Notes: generated by a model from the sequence alone, not told the origin. DNA of 64,000 bases from an uncultured delta proteobacterium (GCA_963796685.1 CAWCMR010000011.1:32001-96000), one strand, 5' to 3'. Shown: positions 32,350 to 46,064, numbered from the stretch's first letter. Translations and numbers: made by a program.

Positions 32350-33258
32350 TCAGTAGCCAAACACGATCTTGGTGATGCACAGGTTGTTCAGCTTGATGGC
32401 ACCGCTCGAGGAGGGAATCTGAATGCCGACCCGGTCGATGCTTTGCACGTCGGCCGAGGCCAGGGCCACGCCGCTTCCATCCCAGCACGCCGTGTTCATC
32501 GACGTCAGCATGACGGCATTGCCAGACGAGAAATTGGCGCAGTACCAAACGTCGTCCGCATCCCAGATTCGGTGCACGATCACGCGCAACCCGGTGGTTG
32601 GGGTTCCGCTGAGGTAGACCGTGATGGTCTTGAAGGCAGCGTCCAAGGTTCCGGTGGGCGGGGTCGTGGCGTTGGCGCAGAGGTCGACGCCCCAGTTTTG
32701 GTCGTAGTCGGCCTGAACGGGCCTTGCGGGCAGCGCCGGAATCACCCCGCTTACGCACAGGGCGTCCGATGCGCTCCATGTGGCCGAGGTCGTGCAAGGG
32801 GTGCTGGACGTGATCGGAGACCCGAGGCAGGTGGGGGACGTGACGGTGTCCATCGGTCCCAAGGCAACCCAGCCCGCGCCCGTCATCGCCCCTTGGGCCG
32901 TTCCCTGACTGTAGGTGACGGTATTGCCGCTGTTTACCGACGTCTGGCCACCGTTGCTGGTGTCGCCGCCGAAGCCGATGACGCCGCCGTAGCCGACGAG
33001 GCCACCGTAGCCGACGACGCCGCCGTACCCGACGATCCCGCCGAAGCCGACGACGCCGCCGCTGCCGGCAACGCCGCCGTAGCCGAGAGTGGGGGTGGTC
33101 GCCGCGGTGGTCGCGGCGCTGTTTCCACCGGCTCCGCCCGATCCCACGCTCCCGGTCGCGGCCTCGTCCGGTGTAGGCTCATCGAGAGGGCTCCGATAGC
33201 ACCCGGCGACGAGAAGGAAGAACAGGACCAGTCTGCCCGTGGCACGCGGATTTGTCAT
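32350..33258 (-). CDS. Lipoprotein with GGxxG(Y/F) repeats and a possible carbohydrate-binding C-terminal domain
   Basis: VAGC lipobox, 18-bp tandem repeats, NWGVDL, NTACWD. Confidence 0.65.
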   Translation of the reverse strand: MTNPRATGRLVLFFLLVAGCYRSPLDEPTPDEAATGSVGSGGAGGNSAATTAATTPTLGYGGVAGSGGVVGFGGIVGYGGVVGYGGLVGYGGVIGFGGDTSNGGQTSVNSGNTVTYSQGTAQGAMTGAGWVALGPMDTVTSPTCLGSPITSSTPCTTSATWSASDALCVSGVIPALPARPVQADYDQNWGVDLCANATTPPTGTLDAAFKTITVYLSGTPTTGLRVIVHRIWDADDVWYCANFSSGNAVMLTSMNTACWDGSGVALASADVQSIDRVGIQIPSSSGAIKLNNLCITKIVFGY

Positions 33259-33368
33259 TCTTGCAGTCTCCCGATCCGCGACTTTCGCACCAAGGCGGCA
33301 CCTGTTCAAGCTCGCAGCCGAAGAATCCGCGGGGCATGGGGCCTCGCTCACACGCTGCTGGGTCGCCC

Positions 33369-33495
33369 GTCACGCAGCCAGAAGCGATACGCAAGATTTT
33401 GGACCATCTCGGAATCTCCAGCGGAGCCCCGCGCCGCACATCCGCGCGTCCACCGCCGCAGTCCAAGCTCTCGGGCACGTCCGACCTGGCCAAGG
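33369..33495 (+). pseudogene. C-terminal remnant of an IS91/ISCR-like (Y2) transposase
   Basis: VTQPEAIRKILDHLG...ARPPP resembles the IS91/ISCR C-terminal motif; followed by an oriIS-like end. Confidence 0.6.
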
Positions 33496-33498
33496 GGA

Positions 33499-33539
33499 TT
33501 TCGGCGAAGGGGAAATGGCGTTTGTTCCGCCTACCTGCC
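33499..33539 (+). mobile_element. oriIS-like end, copy 1 of a 41-bp direct repeat
   Basis: TTTCGGCGAAGGGGAAATGGCGTTTGTTCCGCCTACCTGCC. Confidence 0.6.
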
Positions 33540-33561
33540 CGAATTGAAAAGAAGGCGCTGG

Positions 33562-34518
33562 CTAGTCCTGTGTTGTTGCTTCATCGGCACGAGCAAGTCG
33601 GTCCCCTTCCTGGTCCAAGGCCGCAAGGGAAGCGCGGGTCCTTGCTGCGCGATGCTGTGCCGACCGACCTGCATTTTCCGGAAAGGGTTCCACCGTGGGA
33701 ATCATTCCGAGAAGAAGCTCGCCGACCGTGCGAACCCACGGTGCTTGGATGGTCTGGCTTGCATCGACTTCCTCGATGAATTCATAGTCGCGAGTGACGA
33801 CAATCAGCCCATCGGCAAGATGTTGCAGCAGGTTCAAGTCGATTGCGTGGTTCTCCGTCATAGCCGGTCGGCGATGAACTGCACGATCAAACGCCCGTTC
33901 GCCATGCAGATCCAAGAGTCGACAAAACGCATCGAAGCGATCTGCCGCCGAGATGCCGTGAGGTAGGCGGATTCGGTCGACGATACTGAACAGGGTCCGA
34001 GGAATCTCCGCCCAGAACTCGAGATCTGCGGGTGTTGGTTCGCCAAAGGCCGCGATTGTCTTCGAAGTCTCGACAAAGTCGGTTCCCGTCTCCTTCACGT
34101 ACCGGTCGTTTCTTTCAACATAGGCGGCAATTTCCGGCGAGAGCGAGCCTCCAGAAGAGAGCTCGCTCCATACCGTACGCATGACTCGCAACCAGGTAGA
34201 GTAGGGCAACTTTGGGCCTCCAACGATCTCGCCACCGAGCTTATCTACCAAAGGAGTGTGTGTGGGAGCTATCGGCGGGACACCAACCAGAAGACCTGAC
34301 AAGAAGTTCATGCGAGCCCGTAGCGTTGTCCGCTCCCTCTCCCAGGCCGCTCCAGCACGGGATTGCGCGAAGTACACGGCCATTTCGTCAAGAGCCAGGC
34401 CGCTCACCTGGACGCGGAAGCCCCGCCGTACGAGAGTGCGTAGCGCTACTCGTGGAGTACCTCGAACGCAGGACGTATCGAGGACGATGTCCGTCGAAGA
34501 CGGCGGTGGTGTCACCAT
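33562..34518 (-). CDS. Hypothetical protein, probable divergent PIN-like domain
   Basis: IVLDTS at N-terminus, LDE, N.AIDL, IVVTRD..F; lower GC. Confidence 0.55.
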   Translation of the reverse strand: MVTPPPSSTDIVLDTSCVRGTPRVALRTLVRRGFRVQVSGLALDEMAVYFAQSRAGAAWERERTTLRARMNFLSGLLVGVPPIAPTHTPLVDKLGGEIVGGPKLPYSTWLRVMRTVWSELSSGGSLSPEIAAYVERNDRYVKETGTDFVETSKTIAAFGEPTPADLEFWAEIPRTLFSIVDRIRLPHGISAADRFDAFCRLLDLHGERAFDRAVHRRPAMTENHAIDLNLLQHLADGLIVVTRDYEFIEEVDASQTIQAPWVRTVGELLLGMIPTVEPFPENAGRSAQHRAARTRASLAALDQEGDRLARADEATTQD

Positions 34519-34551
34519 GCACCCATTGTCGTCTGTCGAGTCGGTCTTGCT

Positions 34552-35187
34552 CTAGGTGGCGTCGAACCAATTTCGAATCGAATTGATAACATTCTCTACC
34601 AGACCCTCCGCGACCAGCGCGCGTTCAAGCGCGATCTCGCGGTAACGGAACGTGACCTGGCCTCCTTCCACTGTTGCTTTGTGGTCGCGTTCACCAAAGA
34701 CTTCTGCATGTGGCCTGGAAAGCACTTGGGCAGAAAGCTGCTGCCAAGCAGAGTTGAAGGCGCCACTTGGATCCGTCGATTTGAACAGGTAGACGCGGAA
34801 CTGGGACTTGGCATCCTCCGCTGAAACCAAGAAGTCGCTGACGAAGGGTTCGCGGCCGAGGCCCTCGGGAAATTCAAGCTCCGGATCGGTCTCGATGACA
34901 GCCCGTCGAATGAGTTGATTGCTATCTTGGTCTTTTCCCTGCCACGCGAGGGAGAGTGCGAAGCCCGGCAGGAAATCCCATGCCCAGTAGTTGCGTCGGA
35001 AAAATTCCGATGTAGATCGCGCCGGGCGCGAATAGTACGTAGGGTCCCATCTCTCATATCCAAGTCCCATATCCTTGAACGCGTCGGAGAGTTCCGCAAG
35101 CCGATCAAAGAGCGCTCGTTGGTACTTGTGTATGGTCCGAAATGAGCGTCGGATCTCGATCATCGTTGGCGGAGTCGCGAGGAACAA
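34552..35187 (-). CDS. Hypothetical protein
   Basis: 211-aa lower-GC ORF, co-oriented with the PIN-like gene; start uncertain. Confidence 0.6.
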   Translation of the reverse strand: MFLATPPTMIEIRRSFRTIHKYQRALFDRLAELSDAFKDMGLGYERWDPTYYSRPARSTSEFFRRNYWAWDFLPGFALSLAWQGKDQDSNQLIRRAVIETDPELEFPEGLGREPFVSDFLVSAEDAKSQFRVYLFKSTDPSGAFNSAWQQLSAQVLSRPHAEVFGERDHKATVEGGQVTFRYREIALERALVAEGLVENVINSIRNWFDAT

Positions 35188-35265
35188 GGTCGGGGTTGAC
35201 GGGGAATCTCCACCTAAAGATGTCGTAGGTGGATGTGGTCTATGTAATCTCTTCTATCGGACATT

Positions 35266-35306
35266 TTTCGGCGAAGGGGGAATGGCGCTTGTTCCGCCTA
35301 CCTGCC
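35266..35306 (+). mobile_element. oriIS-like end, copy 2
   Basis: 39/41 identical to 33499-33539. Confidence 0.6.
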
Positions 35307-35405
35307 TGCGCGTCCCGCAAGTCTGGCCGCCGCGGCCCGTCGGTTCAGTGAACCGAGGATTGGCCGCTCGCACCGCCAACGGCCGGGACAGCGTCGATTT
35401 ACCCC

Positions 35406-35434
35406 TTGCCACGGGCACTGAACAGGCGTATAGT
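35406..35434 (+). promoter_or_regulatory. Sigma70-type promoter (TTGCCA-17-TATAGT) with overlapping LexA box; leaderless start
   Basis: Reverse complement of 35418-35433 is CTATACGCCTGTTCAG, which fits the Myxococcus LexA consensus CTRHAMRYBYGTTCAG; ATG lies 7 nt after the -10. Confidence 0.7.
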
Positions 35435-35441
35435 ATAGCCC

Positions 35442-38371
35442 ATGCTTTCCGTCGAGGAATTGGGTTTGGAGATAGCGAGCTTGTCGGCGCACCTCGATGC
35501 GGCCACGCACAGGTTGCTCAGTTGTATTCGGCAATTCGACGAGCAATGCGGTTGGTATCAACAGGGTGCGGTTTCGTGCGTGCATTGGCTCTCGTGGCGC
35601 GTGGGCTTGGATGCGGCGACGGCGCGCGAGAAGGTGCGCGTGGCGCGCGCTCTCGGCAAGTTGCCGGCCATCGACGATTCGCTGCGTGTGGGCAAGCTGT
35701 CGTATGCCAAGGTTCGCGCGCTCACTCGCGTGGCGACGCCCGAGAACGAGGCGCGGCTGCTCGAGTTGGCGCTGTATGCGACGGGTGCGCAGCTTGAACG
35801 AATCTGCCGCGGGTTTCGGAGTGCGCAGGCCGCGGACGAAGGGTCTGCGGCGGAGGACCGTTGTGTGCGCAAGCGGGTGCTGCCGGGCGGGATGGTGAAG
35901 CTGGAGATTGTGCTGGCCCCGGACGAGGCGGAGTTGGTGATGCGGGCCCTCGATTGCGCGCGGGAAGCTTCCGTGGAAGCGTCGGGTGGCCCACAGAAGA
36001 AACAAGAGAGGGCAGATGAAGCCTCGTGGCCGTCACGGGCCGATGGGGTGGTGAGGGTGGCCGAGGCGTTCCTGGCGGGAAATGCGGGTCATGGGACCGG
36101 CGGCGACCGCTACCAGGTCATGGTTCACGTCGACCAGGATCCATTGTCGGCCGACGGGGTCATGGCGGCCACGCTGGAGGACGGCACAGGCGTTTCCGCG
36201 GAAGGTGCGCCAGGCAAAGCCTGGGCAAGGAGGATGACATGTAGAACCATGATTGAAACCTTGCGAAGGAACCCGGCGGGACAAGCCCGCCCGGCAAAGG
36301 CTGGCAACCAGCCGGAACCGAGTGTTGCGTGGTTCGGGGGTAACCCCGACTGCGAAGCGTACACAGGGAGCATGAGGGCCGCGCGATAGAGCCTCGAAAT
36401 GAAACTGCTTGCGGGAGATGCCGTGGTTTTCTGAGCGGCGTCAGCACCTGCGATGCCGCAATGGCTAGGCGTTGAGGTCCCGCCGGGGTCGAAGAACGTG
36501 GCGCGCATGCACAGGGGTTCCACAGGAACCTGGGAGGTCCTGTCGTCTCCACTGACAACAAGGGAAGGGCACCCGGCGGAAGCCAAGAGCCCAGGCCCCA
36601 TCACGACGCGCTCGACACGATGGGGAGCGAACGAATGAGCGCGCAGTGGTACCGCCAAGCGAAGGAAACGAAGCGCGGCGGGAAGGGCGAAAGGAAGTCG
36701 GAGCTTTCTCGTAGTACCGATGAAGCGGGGGAACCGACCCGAGGGACCCCGTGGAGGGAAGGGGGAGCCAAACTACGGAACGGCTGGAGAGAAAGATGAA
36801 GGGAACGTCGAGTCCCGAAAACGTCTCAACGAAACTACAGCGGATAGCAAAGCTGGCGAAGGAATCACCGGACATGGTGTTCACGACGCTTGCCCATCAC
36901 ATCGACCTGGAACTATTAGACCAAGCGTTTCGGCTGACCCGAAAGGATGGGGCGACTGGAGTAGACGGCCAGGATGCGACCGGGTACGCGGCGAATCTGC
37001 AGGGAAATCTGCGGTTGCTGCTAGACCGGTTCAAGTCGGGCACGTACCAGGCGCCTCCGGTTCGACGGGTGCATATCCCGAAGGGGGATGGTAAGTCGAC
37101 CCGCCCCATAGGGATACCGACCTTCGAAGACAAAGTGCTTCAAAGGGCGGTCACGATGGTGCTGGAGGCGGTTTATGAGCAGGACTTTCTAGCCTGCTCG
37201 TATGGCTTCCGACCGGGCCGGTCGGCGCATCAAGCGCTGGCAACGCTTTGGCAGGGTCTGATGAACATGGGCGGTGGCTGGGTGATTGAGGTAGACATCA
37301 AGAGCTACTTCGACACCGTCGACCATGGACATCTCCGAGGCTTTCTCGACAGAAGGGTGCGAGACGGAGTGCTCCGTCGAGCAATCGACAAGTGGCTCAA
37401 AGCAGGAGTTCTAGAGGACGGCAGCGTGTACCACCCTGAAGGCGGAACGCCCCAGGGAGGTGTCGTCTCACCGCTACTCGCGAACATCTACCTGCACGAG
37501 GTCCTGGATACGTGGTTTGCTCGGGAAGTGAAGCTCAGACTTCGGTCACAGGCATTCATGGTCCGGTACGCAGATGACGTGGCCATCGTCGTTGGAAACG
37601 AGGACGATGCCCGCAGAGTGTTGGATGTACTCGGCAAACGGTTTGCCAAGTATGGCCTCGCCCTGCATCCAGAGAAAACCAGGATGCTCGACTTTCGAAG
37701 GCCGCGCAGGTCGCAGTCGTCTGCGAACCCGAGTGCGCCTGAGACTTTCGACATGCTGGGCTTCACCTGGTACTGGGGTAAGTCCCGCAAGGGAGCCGCA
37801 GTCATCCAGCGCAAAACCTCGTCGAGCCGCTTTTGTCGAGCGCTCTCTCGAATCGCTGACTGGTGTCGGACCCATCGGCACGACGCCGTCGCCGCACAGC
37901 ACATCGACCTTTCGCGGAAGCTTCGCGGACACTATGCGTATTTCGGAATCACCGGAAACGCACGCTGTCTCAGTCGCTTTCTGCACGAGGTCGAGCGCGT
38001 GTGGCGCTACTGGCTCAACCGTCGGTCAGCAAGAGCAAAGATGGTGTGGGAACGCTTCTGTGCTCTGCTGCAGCGGTATCCGCTGCCGCCGATCCGAATC
38101 GTCCACAGCGTCTACCGACCCGCAACGAAACCGTAGCTTGAGGAGCCGGATGCGGGAAATCTGCACGTCCGGATCTGTGGGAGCCCTGGGCGGACAACCG
38201 CCCAGGGCCACCCGACCGCCTCGGGCCTGGGTGGAAAACGTCCTGACCTGGCTCCAAGAATGGGCGGACGAGGAAGGCCTCGACCTCGGCTCGGATGCCC
38301 ACGAGCCGTTGTGGGACGGCACGCGGCTGGATTACGACTATGCGGTGAGCGCGCTGCTGGCGGCGGGGTAG
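35442..38371 (+). CDS. DUF222 (13E12-like) protein interrupted by a group II intron; exons 35442-36204 and 38217-38371; HNH domain absent
   Basis: SC.HWL.WR.G....[25 protein letters not shown]; joined exons give an in-frame 305-aa ORF ending [13 protein letters not shown]. Confidence 0.8.
36205..38216 (+). mobile_element. Group II intron (bacterial class E/D-like)
   Basis: 5' GTGCG; domain V GAGCCGGATGCGGGAAATCTGCACGTCCGGATC; domain VI ending CCCGAC; candidate EBS1 TTTCTG (36428-36433) pairs with IBS1 CGGAAG. Confidence 0.9.
36796..38136 (+). CDS. ltrA: Group II intron reverse transcriptase/maturase (no endonuclease domain)
   Basis: [35 protein letters not shown], domain X LRGHYAYF. Confidence 0.95.
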   Translation: MKGTSSPENVSTKLQRIAKLAKESPDMVFTTLAHHIDLELLDQAFRLTRKDGATGVDGQDATGYAANLQGNLRLLLDRFKSGTYQAPPVRRVHIPKGDGKSTRPIGIPTFEDKVLQRAVTMVLEAVYEQDFLACSYGFRPGRSAHQALATLWQGLMNMGGGWVIEVDIKSYFDTVDHGHLRGFLDRRVRDGVLRRAIDKWLKAGVLEDGSVYHPEGGTPQGGVVSPLLANIYLHEVLDTWFAREVKLRLRSQAFMVRYADDVAIVVGNEDDARRVLDVLGKRFAKYGLALHPEKTRMLDFRRPRRSQSSANPSAPETFDMLGFTWYWGKSRKGAAVIQRKTSSSRFCRALSRIADWCRTHRHDAVAAQHIDLSRKLRGHYAYFGITGNARCLSRFLHEVERVWRYWLNRRSARAKMVWERFCALLQRYPLPPIRIVHSVYRPATKP

Positions 38372-38420
38372 CGGGACGCACGTTCCTGGGCGGGCTCGAA
38401 GGCGGCCGGGGGACTGGGCG

Positions 38421-39065
38421 CTAGACACCCGAGGGCGTGTCATCGCGGCGCTTCGGTCTACACCCCGGTCCATAGGCGAAGCCGATGGCGGCCAGAAGGG
38501 AAAGGTCGAGGCTGATGAAAGCCAGGGGACCATCGCCGGTTGCGCCGAAGTTGCGGAATTCTTCCTCGGTCATGGGCCGAATCTTGACCCCTTTGTCCTC
38601 GAGCCAGTAGCCCCGCTGGTCATGCACCGCCGTGCCTGCGGGACGAGGGGGCGAGGTCACTGGCAGAACCACCGGTGCAACCATCCCGGCCAGGCAAAGC
38701 AGGATGGCCCAACGGGGCATACGCCAGAGGGTGTTGCCGACCTCGGACCAGACTCTCGCACTCGTCCGCATGTGCTCCGCGAACGATGCCATGCTGAACC
38801 CCTCGGCGTGCGCGGCGAACACATACGCGAGCGCGCCGAACGCGAGCAACGGCATGGGAATGATGTATCCCCTCGGTAGCGGAGGGCCGAGGGAATAGGT
38901 CGCGGCCAGGACCAACACGCTCCACGAAATCCCCGCCAGGGACAGAATGAGGCCGCGCCTCCGTCGTCGGATCCTGTCCAAGTCCGTCGGTGATGGGCCG
39001 ACGAGGCCCGGCCCCTGCAGCTCGGAAAGTGCCCGGTTCAATCCTTCTTGGTCGTAAACTTTCAT
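38421..39065 (-). CDS. Hypothetical membrane protein (about 4 TM)
   Basis: Hydrophobic segments only. Confidence 0.55.
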   Translation of the reverse strand: MKVYDQEGLNRALSELQGPGLVGPSPTDLDRIRRRRRGLILSLAGISWSVLVLAATYSLGPPLPRGYIIPMPLLAFGALAYVFAAHAEGFSMASFAEHMRTSARVWSEVGNTLWRMPRWAILLCLAGMVAPVVLPVTSPPRPAGTAVHDQRGYWLEDKGVKIRPMTEEEFRNFGATGDGPLAFISLDLSLLAAIGFAYGPGCRPKRRDDTPSGV

Positions 39066-39112
39066 GGCGATCTTGGTACCCCCCGGCGGTGAGGATTCCG
39101 CCGAGACCTCTC

Positions 39113-39523
39113 CTAAGGTTGCCGCAGCTTCAGTTTGGGAAACCAGCGGCGGAAATCGGCGGGGTTGCGGGTCACAAGGCCTTTGTGCCGGAAGGCGAAG
39201 GCGCCGATGAGCAGGTCGGCCAGGGGACGTTTCGGGGCATCACTGGCTCGCCTTGCGTGGACGTAGGCGTTCCAGGCCGTGTGGGCGCGCTCGCTGTCCG
39301 CGAAGATCCAAGGGTCGGTAAATTCGACGCCCACTTGCTCCAAGAAGTGCTTCTGGGTTTCCAAGTTGCCGTCAAAGGCCGGGGCCAGCTCAACCATGGT
39401 GACCGGACAAATGACCAATCCGTCCCGCAGCAACTTTTCCAGCAGGTCGGCCGAAGAACCTCCGAACGCTGGATCGTTTTCAAGTACGTCGATGAGGACG
39501 CAGGTGTCGACGACCCATTTCAT
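39113..39523 (-). CDS. vapC: VapC PIN-domain toxin
   Basis: WVVDTCVL, EL, ADLLIGA, LVTRN..DF. Confidence 0.88.
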   Translation of the reverse strand: MKWVVDTCVLIDVLENDPAFGGSSADLLEKLLRDGLVICPVTMVELAPAFDGNLETQKHFLEQVGVEFTDPWIFADSERAHTAWNAYVHARRASDAPKRPLADLLIGAFAFRHKGLVTRNPADFRRWFPKLKLRQP

Positions 39524-39777
39524 CGGTTCTTTTCGCCAGCACGCAGGTCCTTTATCCAGTCAGCGGTGCGCCTAGGGGCGCGAAACGTCTTGGCGAATCC
39601 CAGCATGGCCTTGGGGCCTGCGACGGTCTGTCCCGATTCGACGAACAACCGAACCTCGCACGAAGAGACCTTTTGCCAGCGCAACCGGTGCCCCGGCAAA
39701 AGACCCAATTCCTTGCGCAGTGACGCTGGCAGGGACGCCTGCCCACGTTCGGTTAGGGTTGTCACGAGGCTCCTCAT
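39520..39777 (-). CDS. AbrB/MazE-type antitoxin
   Basis: TLTERGQASLPASLRKELGL.PG.RL; ATGA overlap with the toxin gene. Confidence 0.85.
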   Translation of the reverse strand: MRSLVTTLTERGQASLPASLRKELGLLPGHRLRWQKVSSCEVRLFVESGQTVAGPKAMLGFAKTFRAPRRTADWIKDLRAGEKNR

Positions 39778-40061
39778 GCCCAGAGCATATCATGTAGAAA
39801 CGTCATGTCTACCCACCTCCCGCTCCGAGATCTCGCTCCCCAGATCCTGGGCATAGGGATAGTTCGGGTGGAAGAGGCAGGTAGGTGTTTGCAGTAGACG
39901 TAACATCCGCAAGGCCACCGCCCGCGCGCTCGGCTGCGGCGGTCCTGGCGGCCATGGTGCCCCCGGTGGAGGGTGGCCCGCAGGTGAACTGGTTACGCTG
40001 GCGGCGGCATCGATGAAGGGCTTGAAGGCCGAGCCAGGTTGGCGGTGGGCGCGCTGGGCCG

Positions 40062-41708
40062 CTATTGCGACGGCGCCGGAAAACGCCCAGCCCAGAGCTC
40101 GTGGGGCGTACTGTCTGCGTTGGTACCGAATAGGAGGGCGAAGCGCCCATGGAAGAAATCCGTCGCTTCGGTGAACGTGGAGAGATTGGACAAAAGGATT
40201 CTTGACGTGCCGTCGTCGAGATTGGTCGCGACCAATTGGGAAAGAGACTGATTCGGCATTGGGGCAGTCACCAGATCCACCTCACCGTCGCGGCTCAAGT
40301 CCAATCCAACCATCCGCGAGAACGCGAGCGTCTTCCGTCCAGGCCGAAAGCACGTCGACGTGTACGTCCCCATGAACACGGCCGTGCCGTCGTTGGCGAC
40401 GGCGGGCCCCATGGCCGGGGCGGGTACGGTGTCGCCAAGGGTATAGCTGTTGCCGTCGATCCAGGCCACGACACCGGAGCTCGCGGCGTTTGGCGCCGAC
40501 GGGTCGGTGACCGGGTCGAGGGGGAAATACGCGACTCGCTCGGAGGGCGAAACGCCGAAGCTCGGGGCAATGTCGTGAGAAGGGTCGAGCATGTAATTCG
40601 AATACTCCGCGATGGGTGTCGTCTCGCCACTCACGAGGTCGGCGTACACGAGCTCGGTCGCGCCGTTGTCCTTGGCTTGGAAGGCGAAGGCGCGTCGCTT
40701 GTCGCGGAACACGTAGACCCCACGCAGGCCCGGCACGCTGATGACGTGGTCGCCATCGTCGACGAGCAAGGCCAGGTCGGAATCGAGCCGATTGACGGCA
40801 TTGTTGCTGGACCCCGAGTAGGGCACCTGCTCCCAGGCATTCGCGAGCAGGCTGCCGTCGCGCAGTGAGTAGAGCGGCCCGTTCGTAAACACGCCAGCCG
40901 TGAACCGGCCTCCGGCATAGCCGTCGAGCGCCGGCCAGAGACCACCAGAGACACTGCCTGCGTACGGCGGCAGCGCCTGCTCGAACCGGCGGTGACCGCG
41001 CAAATCAACGGTTTGGAAGCCGGCATCGACCTGCCAAACCAACGTGGCGTCGTTCTGCGCGGGCGAGCACGATGGCACGCTTACTTCGAAGAGCGGACTT
41101 TCGTCCGCGGTTCGATCGGCGAAGATGCGCAGGTCCCCGCCGCTGCACACCCAGCTTTCGACGTCGCCCCGAGCGTCGACGAAGAGTCCAAAGTTGAGCG
41201 CGTTCGTGTCGAGACCGTTTGTGGTCGTGACGGGTGTGTCGAACGCCTGCATGGTCAAGAGGTCGAGCCGGCGCACGCGATTGTCTTCGGGAGCCGCCGG
41301 CACGAAGATGGCGCGTGTCCCCTCGGGGCTGAACGAAACCATTCGTGCCGAAGCGACGAGCACACTGAGGTCGGGACTCCAAATGGGGGTCGGCTTGCTC
41401 GTGAGCATCGTGAGGTGCCCGCAGGCGCCGAACCGCGGAAAGCCTTCTGCTTCGGCCACGAACGCCAGGTCGGGCGCCGCCGGGAAACCGGCGCACCGTG
41501 CGGCCGCGAGCGCTCCTACATCGAGACCGACGGAGCTGGGCGAGGCGTGATCGACGGAGCCGTCCGGCTCGAGGTTGGGGGAGGTTTGCCCGCCGCTCGC
41601 CGACTTCTGGCCACCGCTCCCTGAGGGTGCAGGCCGGTCGAGATCGAGCCGCGAGCGTCCCCCGCAGCCGAGGAGCGCGAGCGCGATGAGCCCCGAGACC
41701 ACCCTCAT
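40062..41708 (-). CDS. Secreted lipoprotein, probable beta-propeller
   Basis: MRVVSGLIALALLGC lipobox; FSPEG and VSPSER propeller-like motifs. Confidence 0.65.
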   Translation of the reverse strand: MRVVSGLIALALLGCGGRSRLDLDRPAPSGSGGQKSASGGQTSPNLEPDGSVDHASPSSVGLDVGALAAARCAGFPAAPDLAFVAEAEGFPRFGACGHLTMLTSKPTPIWSPDLSVLVASARMVSFSPEGTRAIFVPAAPEDNRVRRLDLLTMQAFDTPVTTTNGLDTNALNFGLFVDARGDVESWVCSGGDLRIFADRTADESPLFEVSVPSCSPAQNDATLVWQVDAGFQTVDLRGHRRFEQALPPYAGSVSGGLWPALDGYAGGRFTAGVFTNGPLYSLRDGSLLANAWEQVPYSGSSNNAVNRLDSDLALLVDDGDHVISVPGLRGVYVFRDKRRAFAFQAKDNGATELVYADLVSGETTPIAEYSNYMLDPSHDIAPSFGVSPSERVAYFPLDPVTDPSAPNAASSGVVAWIDGNSYTLGDTVPAPAMGPAVANDGTAVFMGTYTSTCFRPGRKTLAFSRMVGLDLSRDGEVDLVTAPMPNQSLSQLVATNLDDGTSRILLSNLSTFTEATDFFHGRFALLFGTNADSTPHELWAGRFPAPSQ

Positions 41709-41769
41709 TACCGTGCAGTGTAGCCTGTCCGGGCGATACCTGGAGGACGATCGTCGGAGATGCGCGACG

Positions 41770-42300
41770 TCAGCCACACGGGCAGCAGTAGAAGATGATG
41801 CCGGCCGGCGTTGGGGCGAACGTCCGGCAGCCGGTCGGTGGAGTGGGGAAGGGCGCGGTGCTCGGCCCGATGGAGCCGCACGCGGCGCCGTACTCGTTGG
41901 CGGCGCATTGGTTCTGGCACGTGCGCGTGACACCGGTCCCCATCGGAATATCCGGGCACGCCGTCGGATCGCTGCTGAGGCAGCCCTGGCCGGCACCACT
42001 CAAGTCCTGGCACGTGACGTAGGCGCGAGCGGCCCGGCACTGCCCGCTCGTCGATGCATCGACCGGGTCGAGGGCGGCGGGCCACTGACAGGCGCTTGCG
42101 GCGGCGTCGAAGTCCGCTGGCCCTGGAGCGCAGGTGGCGCCGCAGCCGCATGCACCCGTGCCTGGCAGAAGACCGTATGGGCAATTCGGGGAAGGAGTGG
42201 CGCAAGGCGGACAAGCTGTCGGGCCGTCCCCGCCACCACATCCGAGGCTGATTGTGTTGCCGAGAAAGATGGCCACCAGGCCTGCCAGCGTGTTCCGCAT
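41770..42300 (-). CDS. Small Cys-rich lipoprotein
   Basis: SLGC lipobox, many Cys, ends YCCPCG. Confidence 0.65.
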   Translation of the reverse strand: MRNTLAGLVAIFLGNTISLGCGGGDGPTACPPCATPSPNCPYGLLPGTGACGCGATCAPGPADFDAAASACQWPAALDPVDASTSGQCRAARAYVTCQDLSGAGQGCLSSDPTACPDIPMGTGVTRTCQNQCAANEYGAACGSIGPSTAPFPTPPTGCRTFAPTPAGIIFYCCPCG

Positions 42301-42673
42301 CGTAAAACTCCGGTTGTACGTTCATATCAGCAAGTGGTGTGCCACTAGCCGCGTGGACGATCTCTGGTCGCCTTCCCAAGAATTCTCGGTCTTGCCGCTG
42401 CGTCAGCACCTCAGAATCCTGAGGCTTCCAGGGGAGCCTCACGAGTATTTGCACTTCACCAAGGTCAGTCGATTCCGTGCCCGTGGCTTGGGAGCCAGAG
42501 CGGGCACGAAATCGACATAGACGCATTTTGGTGCCGCGTGGTCGCTGCTAGAGCACCGAACGGGTTGAAAGTGCCGAGAATTCAAGAAGTTGCTACGCAC
42601 GTGCACGCTCCGATCCCCTCGCCCCGCGCAGCGGGGAGAGGGCTAGGGTGAGCATCTGTGTTCCTAGTCAAGG

Positions 42674-45923
<3,250 letters not shown>

Positions 45924-46009
45924 CGAGGGGGGACCGGGGGACTGCGAGCGAGAGCGAGCCAGTCCCCCGTAAGATACAAGGGGCCAGCGCACTCTCTCGC
46001 ATGGCCGAA

Positions 46010-46064
46010 CCCCTCACCCGACGCGCTTCGCGCGTCGACCTCTCCCCGCTGCGCGGGGCGAGGT
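46010..46064. repeat. REP-like palindrome
   Basis: CCCTCACCCGACGCGCTTCGCGCGTCGACCTCTCCCCGCTGCGCGGGGCGAGG. Confidence 0.75.

Noticed and set aside
32023-33966. Long alternative-frame ORFs (e.g. 32023-33966, 58916-61885, 9834-11453, 19937-21685)
   Set aside because: Shadow ORFs of high-GC DNA that overlap better-supported genes; only the last 218 aa of 58916-61885 (hyfE) are real
25766-41087. Duplicated 565-bp segment as a DGR TR/VR pair
   Set aside because: Too long, substitutions are mixed transitions, and there is no DGR RT or avd
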